The notes below the pieces were generated by a model. The model saw only the letters and a list, made by a program, of their open reading frames with translations. It did not search any database and had not been told where the DNA came from. The translations under genes and the position numbers were made by a program. A DNA stretch of 64,000 bases from an uncultured delta proteobacterium (lineage in GTDB: Bacteria; Myxococcota; B64-G9), in contig CAVWHX010000004.1 in NCBI GenBank assembly GCA_963754925.1, positions 128,001-192,000 on the forward strand, written 5' to 3'. Below are positions 41,640 to 52,908 of this stretch, in pieces (within the stretch, counting starts at the first letter, position 1; the number at the start of each line of letters is the position of its first letter).

Positions 41640-44600
41640 ATGAACGCACTCACGGTTTTCATTCGTCGACCGGTGCTGGCCTCCATGGTCACGGTCCTGC
41701 TTTTGGTGCTGGGTTTGTTTTCCTACCGCAAGTTGGGCGTCGACCTCATGCCCAAGGTGGAGATCCCGATGGTCACCATCGTGACCACCTTGCGCGGCGC
41801 ATCGCCGGAAGAAATCGAGTCCCAGGTGACCAAACCTATCGAGGAGGCGGTCAACACCATCTCCGGCATCGACGAGCTGAACTCCATCAACGTGGAAGGC
41901 CTGTCGCGCGTGGTCATTCGCTTCCTCCTGGAGAAACCCATCGACGAAGCCACCCAGGATGTGCGCGATAAAGTCGCCTCTGTCCTCGCGAACCTGCCCG
42001 TGGGGACCGATCCGCCGGTCATCTCAAAAGTGGATCTTGACGCCTTCCCGGTCATGACCATCACGGTTTCGGGTCCGCGGGACCTGAAAGAGGTCTCGGA
42101 GGTAGCCCGGCTCAAAGTCAAGGAAGCCATCGAAAACGTTGACGGCGTGGGCTCGGTAAATCCCATCGGCAACCGCAAACGGGCCATCAACGTGATACTC
42201 GATCTCGATCGGCTCAAGGCCTACGGTATCCCCATATCGCTCGTAAAAGCGGCGTTAGCCGCCCAAAACGTCGAGATCCCCTCCGGACGAATCGATCGCG
42301 GCGCCAATGAACAGGTGCTGCGCACGCTGGCGCGCTTGGAAAAAGTGGAGGAGTTCGAGCGAATAATTATCGCCAACCGCAACGACCGTCAGATTGTGCT
42401 TTCGGACATCGGACGGGCGGAAGACTCGGTTGAAGAACCGCGCACCTTGGCGCGAATCTGGAAGCAGGGCGATACGGGGCGCGGCACCCCGACGGTGTCG
42501 TTGGATATCGTCAAGCAATCCGGCACCAACACCGTGGAGGTGATCGACAACGTCAAGAAACGGATCAAGCAGATCGAACCGTTGTTACCTTCGGGGTATA
42601 CCATCGGCATTGTCTCCGATCAGTCCACCTTCATCCTGCGCTCGATCGAAGAGCTGCGGCTGCACCTGGTCCTGGGCGGATTGCTGGCGGCATTGACGGT
42701 GTTTTTATTCATGCGCAACATCCGCGCGACGATTATTGCGGCCATAGCCATTCCCACCTCGCTCATCGCCACGTTTACCCTCATGCGATCTCTCAACTTC
42801 ACCCTCAACAACATGTCGTTGCTCGGCTTGACCCTGGCCGTCGGCGTGGTCATCGACGACGCCATCGTGGTGTTGGAGAATATCTTCCGGCACATCGAGC
42901 AGTACCACAAAACTCCCTTCCAAGCTGCGGTCGACGGACTGAAGGAAATCGGCTTGGCCGTGCTGGCCACCACCACCTCGTTGATGGTCATCTTCCTGCC
43001 GGTAGCTTTCATGCAAGGCATGATCGGCCGGTTTTTCTATGAGTTTGGGCTCACCGTGGCGTTCGCCATCGGCATCTCGCTGTTGATTTCATTCACCCTG
43101 ACTCCCATGCTCTCTTCCCGCTTTCTCAAGTTTAAACACAAGGCCGAAGATCACGATCACGGAGTCTTGGCGCGCGGCTACGGCGCCACCATCCGGTTCG
43201 CGCTGAAAAACCGGCTGGTCGTCATCGTGATGTGTCTGATTATCGTCGCGTCGGTCGTTCCGCTCGTTAAAAGTGCTCGGCAAGGACTTTCTCCCGCTCG
43301 ACGATCGCAGCGAGTTCCAGGTTTGGACAATCGCGCCGCCCGGCTACAGCCTCGATGGCGTCAGCGAGCTGTTCGGCAAAGTCGAGGATGAAATCCATCG
43401 CCTGCCGGGAATCAAGCTGACCCTCATGCAGATCGGCAGCATGCAAGGCTCCGAGGACGTAACCCGCGGCACCATGTACATCGCCATCGAGGATCTGGAG
43501 AAACGAAACTACAGCCAATTTGACGTGATGAAACAGGTCCGCGGGATCCTCGCGCGCTACCCGGAGATCCGCAGCAGCGTCAATCCGCTCGGCATGGCCG
43601 GCGGCAGCAACCGCCAGGTGCAGCTGCAGTACAACGTGACCGGACCCAACGTCGACGTGCTGCAGCGGGCTTCGGATCAGGTGGTGGCTCAATTGAGAAA
43701 GGTTAAGGGCATTGTGGACGTGGACACGTCGCTGGCCGGCCGTCAACCAGAGATACGGGTGCAGATCAATCGGCCCAAGGCGGCTGATCTGGGCATCATG
43801 GCCGCGGACGTGGCGTCGAGCCTGCGCACCATGGTGGGCGGCGAGATCGTGACCAAGTTTCGGGAGGGCGTGGAGCAATACGACGTTTGGCTGCGGCTCG
43901 ATCACAAAGATCGCGACGACGCCGCGGTTATCCACGAGCTGCCATTGCTTTCCCCAAAGGTGGGCCTGGTGACGCTTTCCCAGGTGGCCGAACTCTCGGA
44001 AGGCAAAGGCCCGTCGGAGATCGACCGGTACAACCGCCAGCGCTTGGTTTCCATCTACGCAAATCTCGATGGCACCGATCTCGGAACCGCCACCCAGAAG
44101 ATCGCGGGCATCGTTAACGGGTTGAAGCTGGGGCCGGCCTACGGCAGCGTTTTCACCGGTCAATCGAAAATGATGGGCGAGTCCATCGGCGAGATGCTGA
44201 CCGCATTCCTGCTGGCGTTTATCTTTATGTATATCGTGCTGGCTTCGCAATTTGAAAGTTTTCTGCACCCGATTACGATTCTGCTCTCGCTGCCGCTTAC
44301 CCTGCCTTTTGCGTTGCTGTCTTTGTTTCTCTTACGCGAGAGCATCAACATCTACAGCTTGTTGGGCGTGTTTATGCTTTTCGGCATCGTCAAAAAGAAC
44401 GGCATCTTGCAGATCGACTATACCAACACGCTGCGACGCTATGGGCGTCCACTCAAAGACGCTATCATCGAGGCCAATATGGCCCGCCTGCGCCCGATCC
44501 TCATGACAACCTTAACGTTGATAGCCGGCATGACACCCATTGCGCTGGGCAGAGGTCCGGGAGCGGCCGCGCGCGCGTCATTGGCCAAGGTCATTATCGG

Positions 44601-44805
44601 CGGCCAGGCGCTCTCGCTGTTTATCACCCTCCTGATTGTGCCGGTCGCTTACTCTCTCTTTGAAGCAGTAAAATCCAGGCTTGGAATCGGTGAGAAAAAG
44701 AGTGTTCCCATAGTCGAAGAAGTAATGACGGAAACGACCGTCGACGCGGAGTCGACCAGCATTTCCACCCTTCCCCGCCCGCTCGAAACCGACGAAGAAA
44801 CGTAA
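41640..44805 (+). CDS. AcrB/AcrD/AcrF-family RND permease, frameshift at A4 43269-43272
   Basis: IRRPV, GVVIDDAIVVLENI, TLTPML; second half GIVKKNGIL, RLRPILMTT. Confidence 0.95.
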
Positions 44806-44825
44806 TCCTCGAATAATGTCGAAAT

Positions 44826-44966
44826 CCCTCTCCCAGCATTAGTTGGGAGAGGGTGGTGCGAAGCACCGGGTGAGGGAAACTCGTATCCACCCTCATCCAA
44901 GAGATTCTTGCCTCGCAAAGCGAGGCTTAGAATCTCTTACCTTCTCCCGCCAGCGGGAGAAGGTAA
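44826..44966. repeat. Multi-hairpin REP-like element of the CCCTCTCCC...GGGAGAGGG type
   Basis: Five hairpins, including CCCTCTCCCA/TGGGAGAGGG, AAGAGATTCT/AGAATCTCTT enclosing GCCTCGC/GCGAGGC, and TTACCTTCTCCCGC/GCGGGAGAAGGTAA. Confidence 0.75.
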
Positions 44967-45073
44967 TGCCACGTTCGTGTCGCAGTGATATCGTGATGGA
45001 AGAAAGCCGTCCTTAAACTTCTCGTTTCATTGTAAACTATGCGTTGAGGGTTCAATTCATAGGGGAGGACCGC

Positions 45074-46594
45074 ATGTTCGATTTCCTGACGGAGCTCGGT
45101 GTTCAAGAGGTCAACTCGGGCGCGTGTTACGGCCCGTGGATAGAGAAGCCGACCGGGGGCGAGCTGGTTTCTTGCTCCCCTATCGACGGCAAACCTATCG
45201 CTTCCGTGCGTATGGCGGGCGATGCTGATTACGATCGGGTTGCCGAGGAGGCCGAGAGAGCATTTCGCACTTGGCGCGCGCTGCCTACGCCGAAGTGGGG
45301 AGAGATGGTGCGCCAGCTCGGAGATGAGCTGCGCGCGCATAAAACCGCCCTCGGCAAGCTTATCACCCTCGAGATGGGAAAAATTCTCCCCGAAGGCCTC
45401 GGTGAAGTGCAGGAAATGATCGATATCTGCGACTTCGCGGTTGGGTTATCCCGCCAGCTGTATGGGCTTTCCATGCACAGCGAGCGGCCCTACCATCGCA
45501 TGTACGAACAGTGGCATCCCCTGGGCGTGGTCGGCATTATCACCGCCTTTAACTTTCCGGCGGCGGTCTGGTCCTGGAATGCCGCCATTGCGGCCGTCTG
45601 CGGCGACAGCATGATTTGGAAGCCTTCCTCGCTGACGCCGCTTACGTCCATTGCCATTCAGCGCATTGCCAACCGGGTGATGGAGCGCAATGGGGTGAGG
45701 GGGGTTTTCTGTCTGGCCGTGGGCGGCGGCGATACGATTGGCGAGCGTATCGGCGCCGATACGCGCATTCCGCTCGTGAGTATGACCGGCAGCACGGTGT
45801 CGGGAAAGCGCATCGCCGAGACCGTTGCGAGAAGGCTGGGCCGCACTATCCTCGAGCTCGGCGGCAACAACGCCATCATAATCACCCAAGACGCCAACCT
45901 CGACCTGGTCGTCCGCGCGGTGCTCTTCGGCGCGGTCGGCACCGCCGGCCAGCGCTGCACCACCACCCGGCGGTTGCTCCTTCAAAAGTCCGTGGCCGCC
46001 GAGGTTGAGAAGCGTCTCGTTGAAGCGTACCGGCAAATCCGCATCGGCGATCCGCTTAAAACCGACACGATGATGGGTCCGCTGGTCAACCGTGCGGCAG
46101 TCGACACGATGCTGGCGACCCTCGCGATCATCCAGGAACAAGGCGGGCGGGTTCTCTACGGCGGCGAGGATCTCGCGGGCATGCCCAGCAACTGCTATGT
46201 GTCGCCGGCCATCGTCAAGGCGCTGCCCGATATGCCGATCGTCAAACAAGAGACCTTCGCGCCCATTCTGTATCTCATTGAAGGCGACTCGCTGGAGGAA
46301 CTGATCCACATCCAAAACGATGTACCGCAGGGCCTGTCCTCCGCCCTGTTCACCAACAATCTGCTGGACGCCGAGCGTTTTCTATCCTCCGAGGGAAGCG
46401 ATTGCGGCATCGCCAACATCAATATCGGCACCAGCGGTGCAGAAATTGGCGGCGCCTTCGGCGGCGAAAAGGAAACCGGCGGAGGTCGAGAGGCCGGTTC
46501 CGACGCCTGGAAAAGCTACATGCGCCGACAGACCGTCACCATCAACTACGGCGCCGAACTTCCGCTTGCGCAGGGCATTAAATTTGGGGATTGA
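45074..46594 (+). CDS. Aldehyde dehydrogenase, ALDH7/antiquitin-like (aminoadipate-semialdehyde type)
   Basis: EVQEMIDICDFAVGLSRQL, AFNFP, LELGGNN, GTAGQRCTT, ETFAP, GAEIGGAFGGEK. Confidence 0.93.
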   Translation: MFDFLTELGVQEVNSGACYGPWIEKPTGGELVSCSPIDGKPIASVRMAGDADYDRVAEEAERAFRTWRALPTPKWGEMVRQLGDELRAHKTALGKLITLEMGKILPEGLGEVQEMIDICDFAVGLSRQLYGLSMHSERPYHRMYEQWHPLGVVGIITAFNFPAAVWSWNAAIAAVCGDSMIWKPSSLTPLTSIAIQRIANRVMERNGVRGVFCLAVGGGDTIGERIGADTRIPLVSMTGSTVSGKRIAETVARRLGRTILELGGNNAIIITQDANLDLVVRAVLFGAVGTAGQRCTTTRRLLLQKSVAAEVEKRLVEAYRQIRIGDPLKTDTMMGPLVNRAAVDTMLATLAIIQEQGGRVLYGGEDLAGMPSNCYVSPAIVKALPDMPIVKQETFAPILYLIEGDSLEELIHIQNDVPQGLSSALFTNNLLDAERFLSSEGSDCGIANINIGTSGAEIGGAFGGEKETGGGREAGSDAWKSYMRRQTVTINYGAELPLAQGIKFGD

Positions 46595-46604
46595 TGCCTT
46601 TTTA

Positions 46605-46685
46605 CTGGATTCCCGCCTCCGCGGGAATGACCCCTACGCTGAGCATCACAAGAATGTTGTCATCCCCGCGAATGCGGGGATCCAG
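46605..46685. repeat. Inverted pair of 27-nt REP-like palindromes
   Basis: CTGGATTCCCGCCTCCGCGGGAATGAC and GTCATCCCCGCGAATGCGGGGATCCAG are inverted near-copies, each with an internal hairpin, between convergent genes. Confidence 0.8.
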
Positions 46686-46694
46686 CATTAGTAC

Positions 46695-47297
46695 CTATTT
46701 CCGGGTATGGTCGTCCTTCCCTAAAATCCCCTCCTCGACCGCCCGATTAATCATGCCCTCGACGAATCGCCACAACGTCGAAGAACCTGCCTCAATCCTC
46801 TTATTAATTTCAAAGATGCGTTCGTAACCAACGTTATTTTCTTTCCATGCCTTGCCTTGGGATTGATAGTTGAGACACACGGCGACGAGCCGATCAATCG
46901 ACCGTGCGAATATCGCCTCGGGTGTGCGGTTGGCCTCGAATTCACGCCATAAGGTTATTAGGTAACTCGTTTGATCTTCGGGCAAAATGCCGAATAATCG
47001 CGTCGCGGCCTTTTCTTCACGTTCGTTCTGCGTTTCCTTGGCTTTCTCGTCATAGATGAAGGTGTCTCCGGCATCGACCTCAACGATATCGTGTATGAGC
47101 GCCATAATGATTACTTTTTGAATATCGATATCACTATTTGAATATTCAGATAACAAAAGGGCCGCGACGGCAAAATACCATGAGTGCTCTGCGTCGTTTT
47201 CTCTTTTAGATCCGTCAGAAATATAATTCCTTCGCACAATTGTTTTCAGTTTATCTATTTCTAACAAAAATTCTACTTGCTTCTTCAATCGCTCCAT
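46695..47297 (-). CDS. HD domain phosphohydrolase (HDDC2/YfbR-like)
   Basis: RENDAEHSW, ALIHDIVE, GDTF, LWREFE. Confidence 0.92.
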   Translation of the reverse strand: MERLKKQVEFLLEIDKLKTIVRRNYISDGSKRENDAEHSWYFAVAALLLSEYSNSDIDIQKVIIMALIHDIVEVDAGDTFIYDEKAKETQNEREEKAATRLFGILPEDQTSYLITLWREFEANRTPEAIFARSIDRLVAVCLNYQSQGKAWKENNVGYERIFEINKRIEAGSSTLWRFVEGMINRAVEEGILGKDDHTRK

Positions 47298-47438
47298 TCG
47301 TAACCCCTGACACGCGGTATGTTGAGTATTGCCTCACCATGCATTGGGCATACTTACGACAAGATTTAATTTTTTCAAGAACAAAAGCGTCACTAAATAA
47401 ACTTGCATTTTCAGGTCATTAGCTATATTGTTGTCGAC

Positions 47439-48371
47439 ATGGCGGGGAAAAAAAACGCCGTCACCTTGAAAAGCGCCGAAAAGGCGCTCTATGACAGCAT
47501 GGAACGCTACCGAACCCTGTTTGGCAATTCCCGCGACGCGATTGTTATAACAAAACCGGACGGCACGTTCGTCGACGTCAACGACGCCACTCTCGAGCTG
47601 TTGGGATATTCCCGGGACGAATTGCTCAAGCAGAACGCCATCATCATGTACACCGATCCCACGGAGCGTCGGAGGTTCATCAACGAGATCAAAGTAGGCG
47701 GATTCGTTCGGGACTTCGACGTCCAGCTCAAGAAAAAAAATGGAACGGTGATTGACTGCCTGTACACGTTTTCCGTCAGAAAAAATAAAGACGGAAGCGT
47801 CATGGAGTACCAGGGCATCATCCGCGACGTCACCGAACGCAAACGCCTGCTTGAGGAGCTGCGGGCGCTTTCGTTGGTTGATGAGCTCACCGGGATCTAC
47901 AATCGACGCGGCTTTTTCTGTATGGCGCGACAGCACTTGAAAATTGCGCGTCGGATGAATATGGGGATGTTTTGCATTTTCGTCGATCTCGATGGCTTGA
48001 AGAACATCAACGATACCTACGGGCACGAGGAAGGCGATCGCGCGCTCGCGGAAACGGCCTACATGCTCAAAGAAACGTTTCGTGAATCCGACATCATCGG
48101 CCGGTTTGGCGGCGATGAATTCACGGTGCTCGTGCTGGATGACGGCGAACATCATGCCGAGGCGATCGTTGACCGACTCCAGGAAAGAGTTAAGCTGAAC
48201 AACGCGCGCGGGGGAAGGCCCTATGAGATATCGTTGAGCCTGGGCATTGCCCTTCACACCGCTCACGCACATGAGACCGTAGAGGAACTCGTGAAACGAT
48301 CAGATGCGCTCATGTATGAGCACAAGAGGACCAAACGAACGGCACGTGTCGCCGGCGACCGCGTTCAATAA
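47439..48371 (+). CDS. PAS-GGDEF diguanylate cyclase
   Basis: PAS (VDVN...GYSRDEL...RDVTERK), DELTGIYNRR, RESD I-site, GRFGGDEF. Confidence 0.95.
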   Translation: MAGKKNAVTLKSAEKALYDSMERYRTLFGNSRDAIVITKPDGTFVDVNDATLELLGYSRDELLKQNAIIMYTDPTERRRFINEIKVGGFVRDFDVQLKKKNGTVIDCLYTFSVRKNKDGSVMEYQGIIRDVTERKRLLEELRALSLVDELTGIYNRRGFFCMARQHLKIARRMNMGMFCIFVDLDGLKNINDTYGHEEGDRALAETAYMLKETFRESDIIGRFGGDEFTVLVLDDGEHHAEAIVDRLQERVKLNNARGGRPYEISLSLGIALHTAHAHETVEELVKRSDALMYEHKRTKRTARVAGDRVQ

Positions 48372-48385
48372 CCAAGGCAGGATTC

Positions 48386-49492
<1,107 letters not shown>

Positions 49493-49788
49493 CGATCGAC
49501 CGCGATCCGGTTTCAGTCGAGATCCGTGGACGCGCCGCCGGTTTTCCCTCTTAGTGGTTTCTGTTACGCTCCTCCATCGCTGAGAAAACAGTGGGCGTTT
49601 TTTTAATTGACACGCGTTTCGCATTAATGTATTCAGATACAGCAATTCATGAATAGGAGCTCCCCTGCCATTGCCATGCAGAACTTTCATGAGGTGCGTA
49701 TGCACCAGTAGTAATGTTGGTGAACTTTCACATCCGCGAACGTCAATGGTACGGCGGATCAATTAATTTATTTTTTTAGGAGCCGCCA

Positions 49789-50247
49789 GTGGAAAGCGCA
49801 TTGCGGATGTCGGAAGCGGTTCAGCTCGCCATTCACGCGGTGACCATCATCGCCCGTATGGCCTACAAAAGCGGCACGGAGCCGACTAAGATAAGTCGCC
49901 TGGCCGAGCTGCTCAACGCCTCGGAAGCACACTTGGGCAAAGTGATGAACCGCCTGGCTTCGGCGAAAATGGTCACCTCCAAGCGCGGTCCGGATGGCGG
50001 CTTTGTGCTCGGACCGCGTGCAACCACAACGACCCTGCTCGATCTCTACGAGATGTTCGACGGACCGCTCGGGCATACCACCTGCCTCCTCGGCTACCGA
50101 CGCTGCCCCTTTGGCGGGTGCGCGCTCGGCGATGCCGTCGTCGTAGCGAACGAGCGCCTCAGGACCATACTCGGCGGCACGGCGCTCAGCGACCTTGCGG
50201 CGCCGCCAACACTTCCATCAAGATGGAAAGAAAGGAAAGCACCATGA
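49789..50247 (+). CDS. Rrf2 family transcriptional regulator with three Cys
   Basis: SEAHLGKVMNRL, SKRGPDGGF, CLLGYRRCPFGGC; ATGA overlap with hcp. Confidence 0.9.
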   Translation: MESALRMSEAVQLAIHAVTIIARMAYKSGTEPTKISRLAELLNASEAHLGKVMNRLASAKMVTSKRGPDGGFVLGPRATTTTLLDLYEMFDGPLGHTTCLLGYRRCPFGGCALGDAVVVANERLRTILGGTALSDLAAPPTLPSRWKERKAP

Positions 50248-51893
50248 GCATGTTTTGTTACCAATGTGAACAGACTTCCAAAGGGACCGGTTGTACGACG
50301 GCCGGCGTGTGCGGCAAGGACGCGGACACCGCCAAGCTCCAGGACCTCCTGGTTCATGGCGCGAAAGGGATCGCCCGGTACGCGTCTCGAGCGCGTTTGC
50401 TTGGCGCCAAGAATGAGGAGGTGGATCGATTTCTTATCGAGGCGTTGTTCACGACCGTGACCAACGTCAACTTCGATGCGGACCGCATCGCTTCGTGGGT
50501 AAACCGTGCGGCCGAGGTCCGTCAAAACGCGAAACGGATCTACGAGGAAGCGTGTGCAGCCACGGGAAGAGCGCCCGAAAAACTTGACGGCCCGGCAGAC
50601 ATTGCGCTTACCGGAACCACGTCCGACCTGCTCGCCACGGCCGATAGGATCGGGATAGAGCGACGCACGGCTCATACGGTAGTCGATGCAACCGGGCTTG
50701 AAGAACTCATCACCTATGGCCTCAAGGGAATGGCTGCGTACGCCGATCATGCAATGATTCTCGGAAAAACCGACGAGAACGTTTTTGCCTTTTTCAGCGA
50801 AGCGCTTGATTTCTTGACGGTCGAGCATTCGATCGCTGAACTGACCGCGATGGCGCTTAAGGTCGGCGAGGTCAACCTGCGGGTAATGGAGCTTCTGGAT
50901 GCCGCGAACACCGACGCCTACGGCCACCCCCAACCGACGGCGGTGCGCATCGATCCGGTCAAGGGCAAAGCGATTCTGGTCTCGGGTCACGATCTGAAAG
51001 ATCTCGAGGAGCTCCTCAAACAGACCGAGGGAAAAGGCATTAATATTTATACCCACGGCGAGATGCTTCCCGGTCATGCGTACCCTGGCCTGAAGAAGTA
51101 TAAGCACCTGGTGGGAAATTACGGCGGCGCTTGGCAAGACCAAAAGAAGGAATTTGATGCTTTTCCGGGCGCCATCCTGATGACCACCAACTGCCTGCAA
51201 AAACCATCTGACCGTTACCAGAACCGCATCTTTACCTGCGGCCTGGTCGATTGGCCGGGCGTTCGGCACATCAACAACCGCGACTTCACGCCGGTCATTG
51301 AAGCGGCCGCTGCAGCGCCTGGTTTTTCTCAGGCTGGAACCGGAAAGACCATCACGGTCGGCTTTGGTCGGCAGGCCGTCCTGGGGATGGCCGATACGGT
51401 CATACAGGCCGTTAACACGGGCGCCATCAAGCACTTCTTCCTGGTCGGCGGTTGTGACGGCGCGAGATCCGGCCGTAACTACTTCACGGAGTTTGTCGAA
51501 AAAACGCCCAAGGATACAGTCGTGCTCACCTTGGCGTGCGGCAAGTATCGTTTCAACAAGCTCGATCTCGGCGACATCGGGGGCATTCCGCGACTTTTGG
51601 ATATCGGACAGTGCAACGACGCCTATTCCGCAATCCAGATCGCCCTCGCTCTGGCCCAGGCGTTCAAGACCGACGTCAACAGCCTGCCGCTTTCCCTGGT
51701 GCTGAGCTGGTACGAACAGAAAGCCGTCTGCATCCTCTTGACCTTACTGCATCTCGGCATCAAGAACATACGCCTGGGGCCGAGCCTACCGGCGTTTGTG
51801 ACGAAGCCGGTCTTGCAAGTTCTCGTCGAAAAGTTTAACATCGCGCCGATTAAGACGGCCGAGGAGGATTTGAGGGCCATTCTCCGGAGGTGA
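50244..51893 (+). CDS. hcp: Hybrid cluster protein (hydroxylamine reductase)
   Basis: MFCYQCEQT..GCT..GVCGK, SGHDL, THGEMLP, TTNCL, GGCDG, ACGKYRF, GQCND, SWYEQKA. Confidence 0.97.
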   Translation: MSMFCYQCEQTSKGTGCTTAGVCGKDADTAKLQDLLVHGAKGIARYASRARLLGAKNEEVDRFLIEALFTTVTNVNFDADRIASWVNRAAEVRQNAKRIYEEACAATGRAPEKLDGPADIALTGTTSDLLATADRIGIERRTAHTVVDATGLEELITYGLKGMAAYADHAMILGKTDENVFAFFSEALDFLTVEHSIAELTAMALKVGEVNLRVMELLDAANTDAYGHPQPTAVRIDPVKGKAILVSGHDLKDLEELLKQTEGKGINIYTHGEMLPGHAYPGLKKYKHLVGNYGGAWQDQKKEFDAFPGAILMTTNCLQKPSDRYQNRIFTCGLVDWPGVRHINNRDFTPVIEAAAAAPGFSQAGTGKTITVGFGRQAVLGMADTVIQAVNTGAIKHFFLVGGCDGARSGRNYFTEFVEKTPKDTVVLTLACGKYRFNKLDLGDIGGIPRLLDIGQCNDAYSAIQIALALAQAFKTDVNSLPLSLVLSWYEQKAVCILLTLLHLGIKNIRLGPSLPAFVTKPVLQVLVEKFNIAPIKTAEEDLRAILRR

Positions 51894-52161
51894 GTACTTA
51901 CTCACTCGTGCGCGGCAGTACCCATACGCGCCGGGCAAGGTTGAGCAGGGAGACCCCCGCCGATTGGTTCGTCTCAGCAGTTTCGATGGGATTACGTGTC
52001 GGCAAATAACGGCATGGGCTTCCATTCGCATTAAATGATTCGTATTAATTGTTTTCTTCGAGATAATAGATTGCTATGTATATTCATTCGCAGCCCTAAG
52101 CTGCCTCTATCGGAATCACCTGTTCCTCGGTTAACGGGGCTGCCTATCGAAAGGACATGCA

Positions 52162-52902
52162 ATGCAGACACTTCAGTATCGAACCGAAGGACCTATTGGC
52201 TACCTCACCCTTCATCGCCCCGACAAGTACAATGCAGTTAACAACACCATGATGGAAGAATTAGAACAATTTTGGCGCGAACGACGCTTTGACTCCGACA
52301 CCGTCGTGATAGTGATGGATGGCGGAGAAGCTAAAGGTTTCTGCGCCGGCCTCGATATGAACGAGCTTGGCCCGGCGCTGTTCGCCCAAAATACCGTCGG
52401 CATGTACAATGGTCAGCGCCGGCTCTCGCGCCTGGTCCTGGCCATGCGTCAGGCGCCCCAGCCGATCGTTTGTGCGGTCCATGGCGCAGCCGCCGGGTTG
52501 GGGTTCTCGTTCGCCATGGCCAGCGACATCCGGGTTATTGCTCCCGACGCGCGTTTTTGCGCGGCGTACCTCAACATAGGACTGGGCGGGGCCGACATGG
52601 GGTGCTCCTACCTGCTGCCGCGTCTGATTGGGTCCGGGCGCGCCCATGAGTTTATGCTTGTCGGCAACTGGATGAGCGCCGAAGAGGCCATGCAGCTTGG
52701 ATTTGCCAGCCGATTGGTCCCGCGCGAGCGGCTGTGTGAAACCGCCCGCACCATCGCCGAGACCATGACCACGAAGAACCCACTCGGTATACGCATGACG
52801 AAAGAGGCCATCAATATCTCGATCGACGCGCCCGGATTGGAAGCAGCTCTGGAAATGGAAGATCGCAATCAGACCATGTTGACCATAGATAAAAAAATCT
52901 AG
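52162..52902 (+). CDS. Enoyl-CoA hydratase/isomerase family protein
   Basis: LHRPDKYNA, FCAGLD, PQPIVCAVHGAAAG, GADMGCSYLLPRLIG. Confidence 0.92.
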   Translation: MQTLQYRTEGPIGYLTLHRPDKYNAVNNTMMEELEQFWRERRFDSDTVVIVMDGGEAKGFCAGLDMNELGPALFAQNTVGMYNGQRRLSRLVLAMRQAPQPIVCAVHGAAAGLGFSFAMASDIRVIAPDARFCAAYLNIGLGGADMGCSYLLPRLIGSGRAHEFMLVGNWMSAEEAMQLGFASRLVPRERLCETARTIAETMTTKNPLGIRMTKEAINISIDAPGLEAALEMEDRNQTMLTIDKKI

Positions 52903-52908
52903 TGCCCC

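Noticed and set aside
43269..43272. Programmed frameshift or naturally split RND (also smc, amidase, MarR)
   Set aside because: Runs are only 3-6 nt with no stimulatory structure, and the same defect recurs in unrelated genes, so sequencing error is simpler.
49625..49735. NsrR/HcpR operator upstream of rrf2-hcp
   Set aside because: TGTAT-N4-ATACA and GTGA-N4-TCAC are short and do not have the spacing of the known consensus sites.
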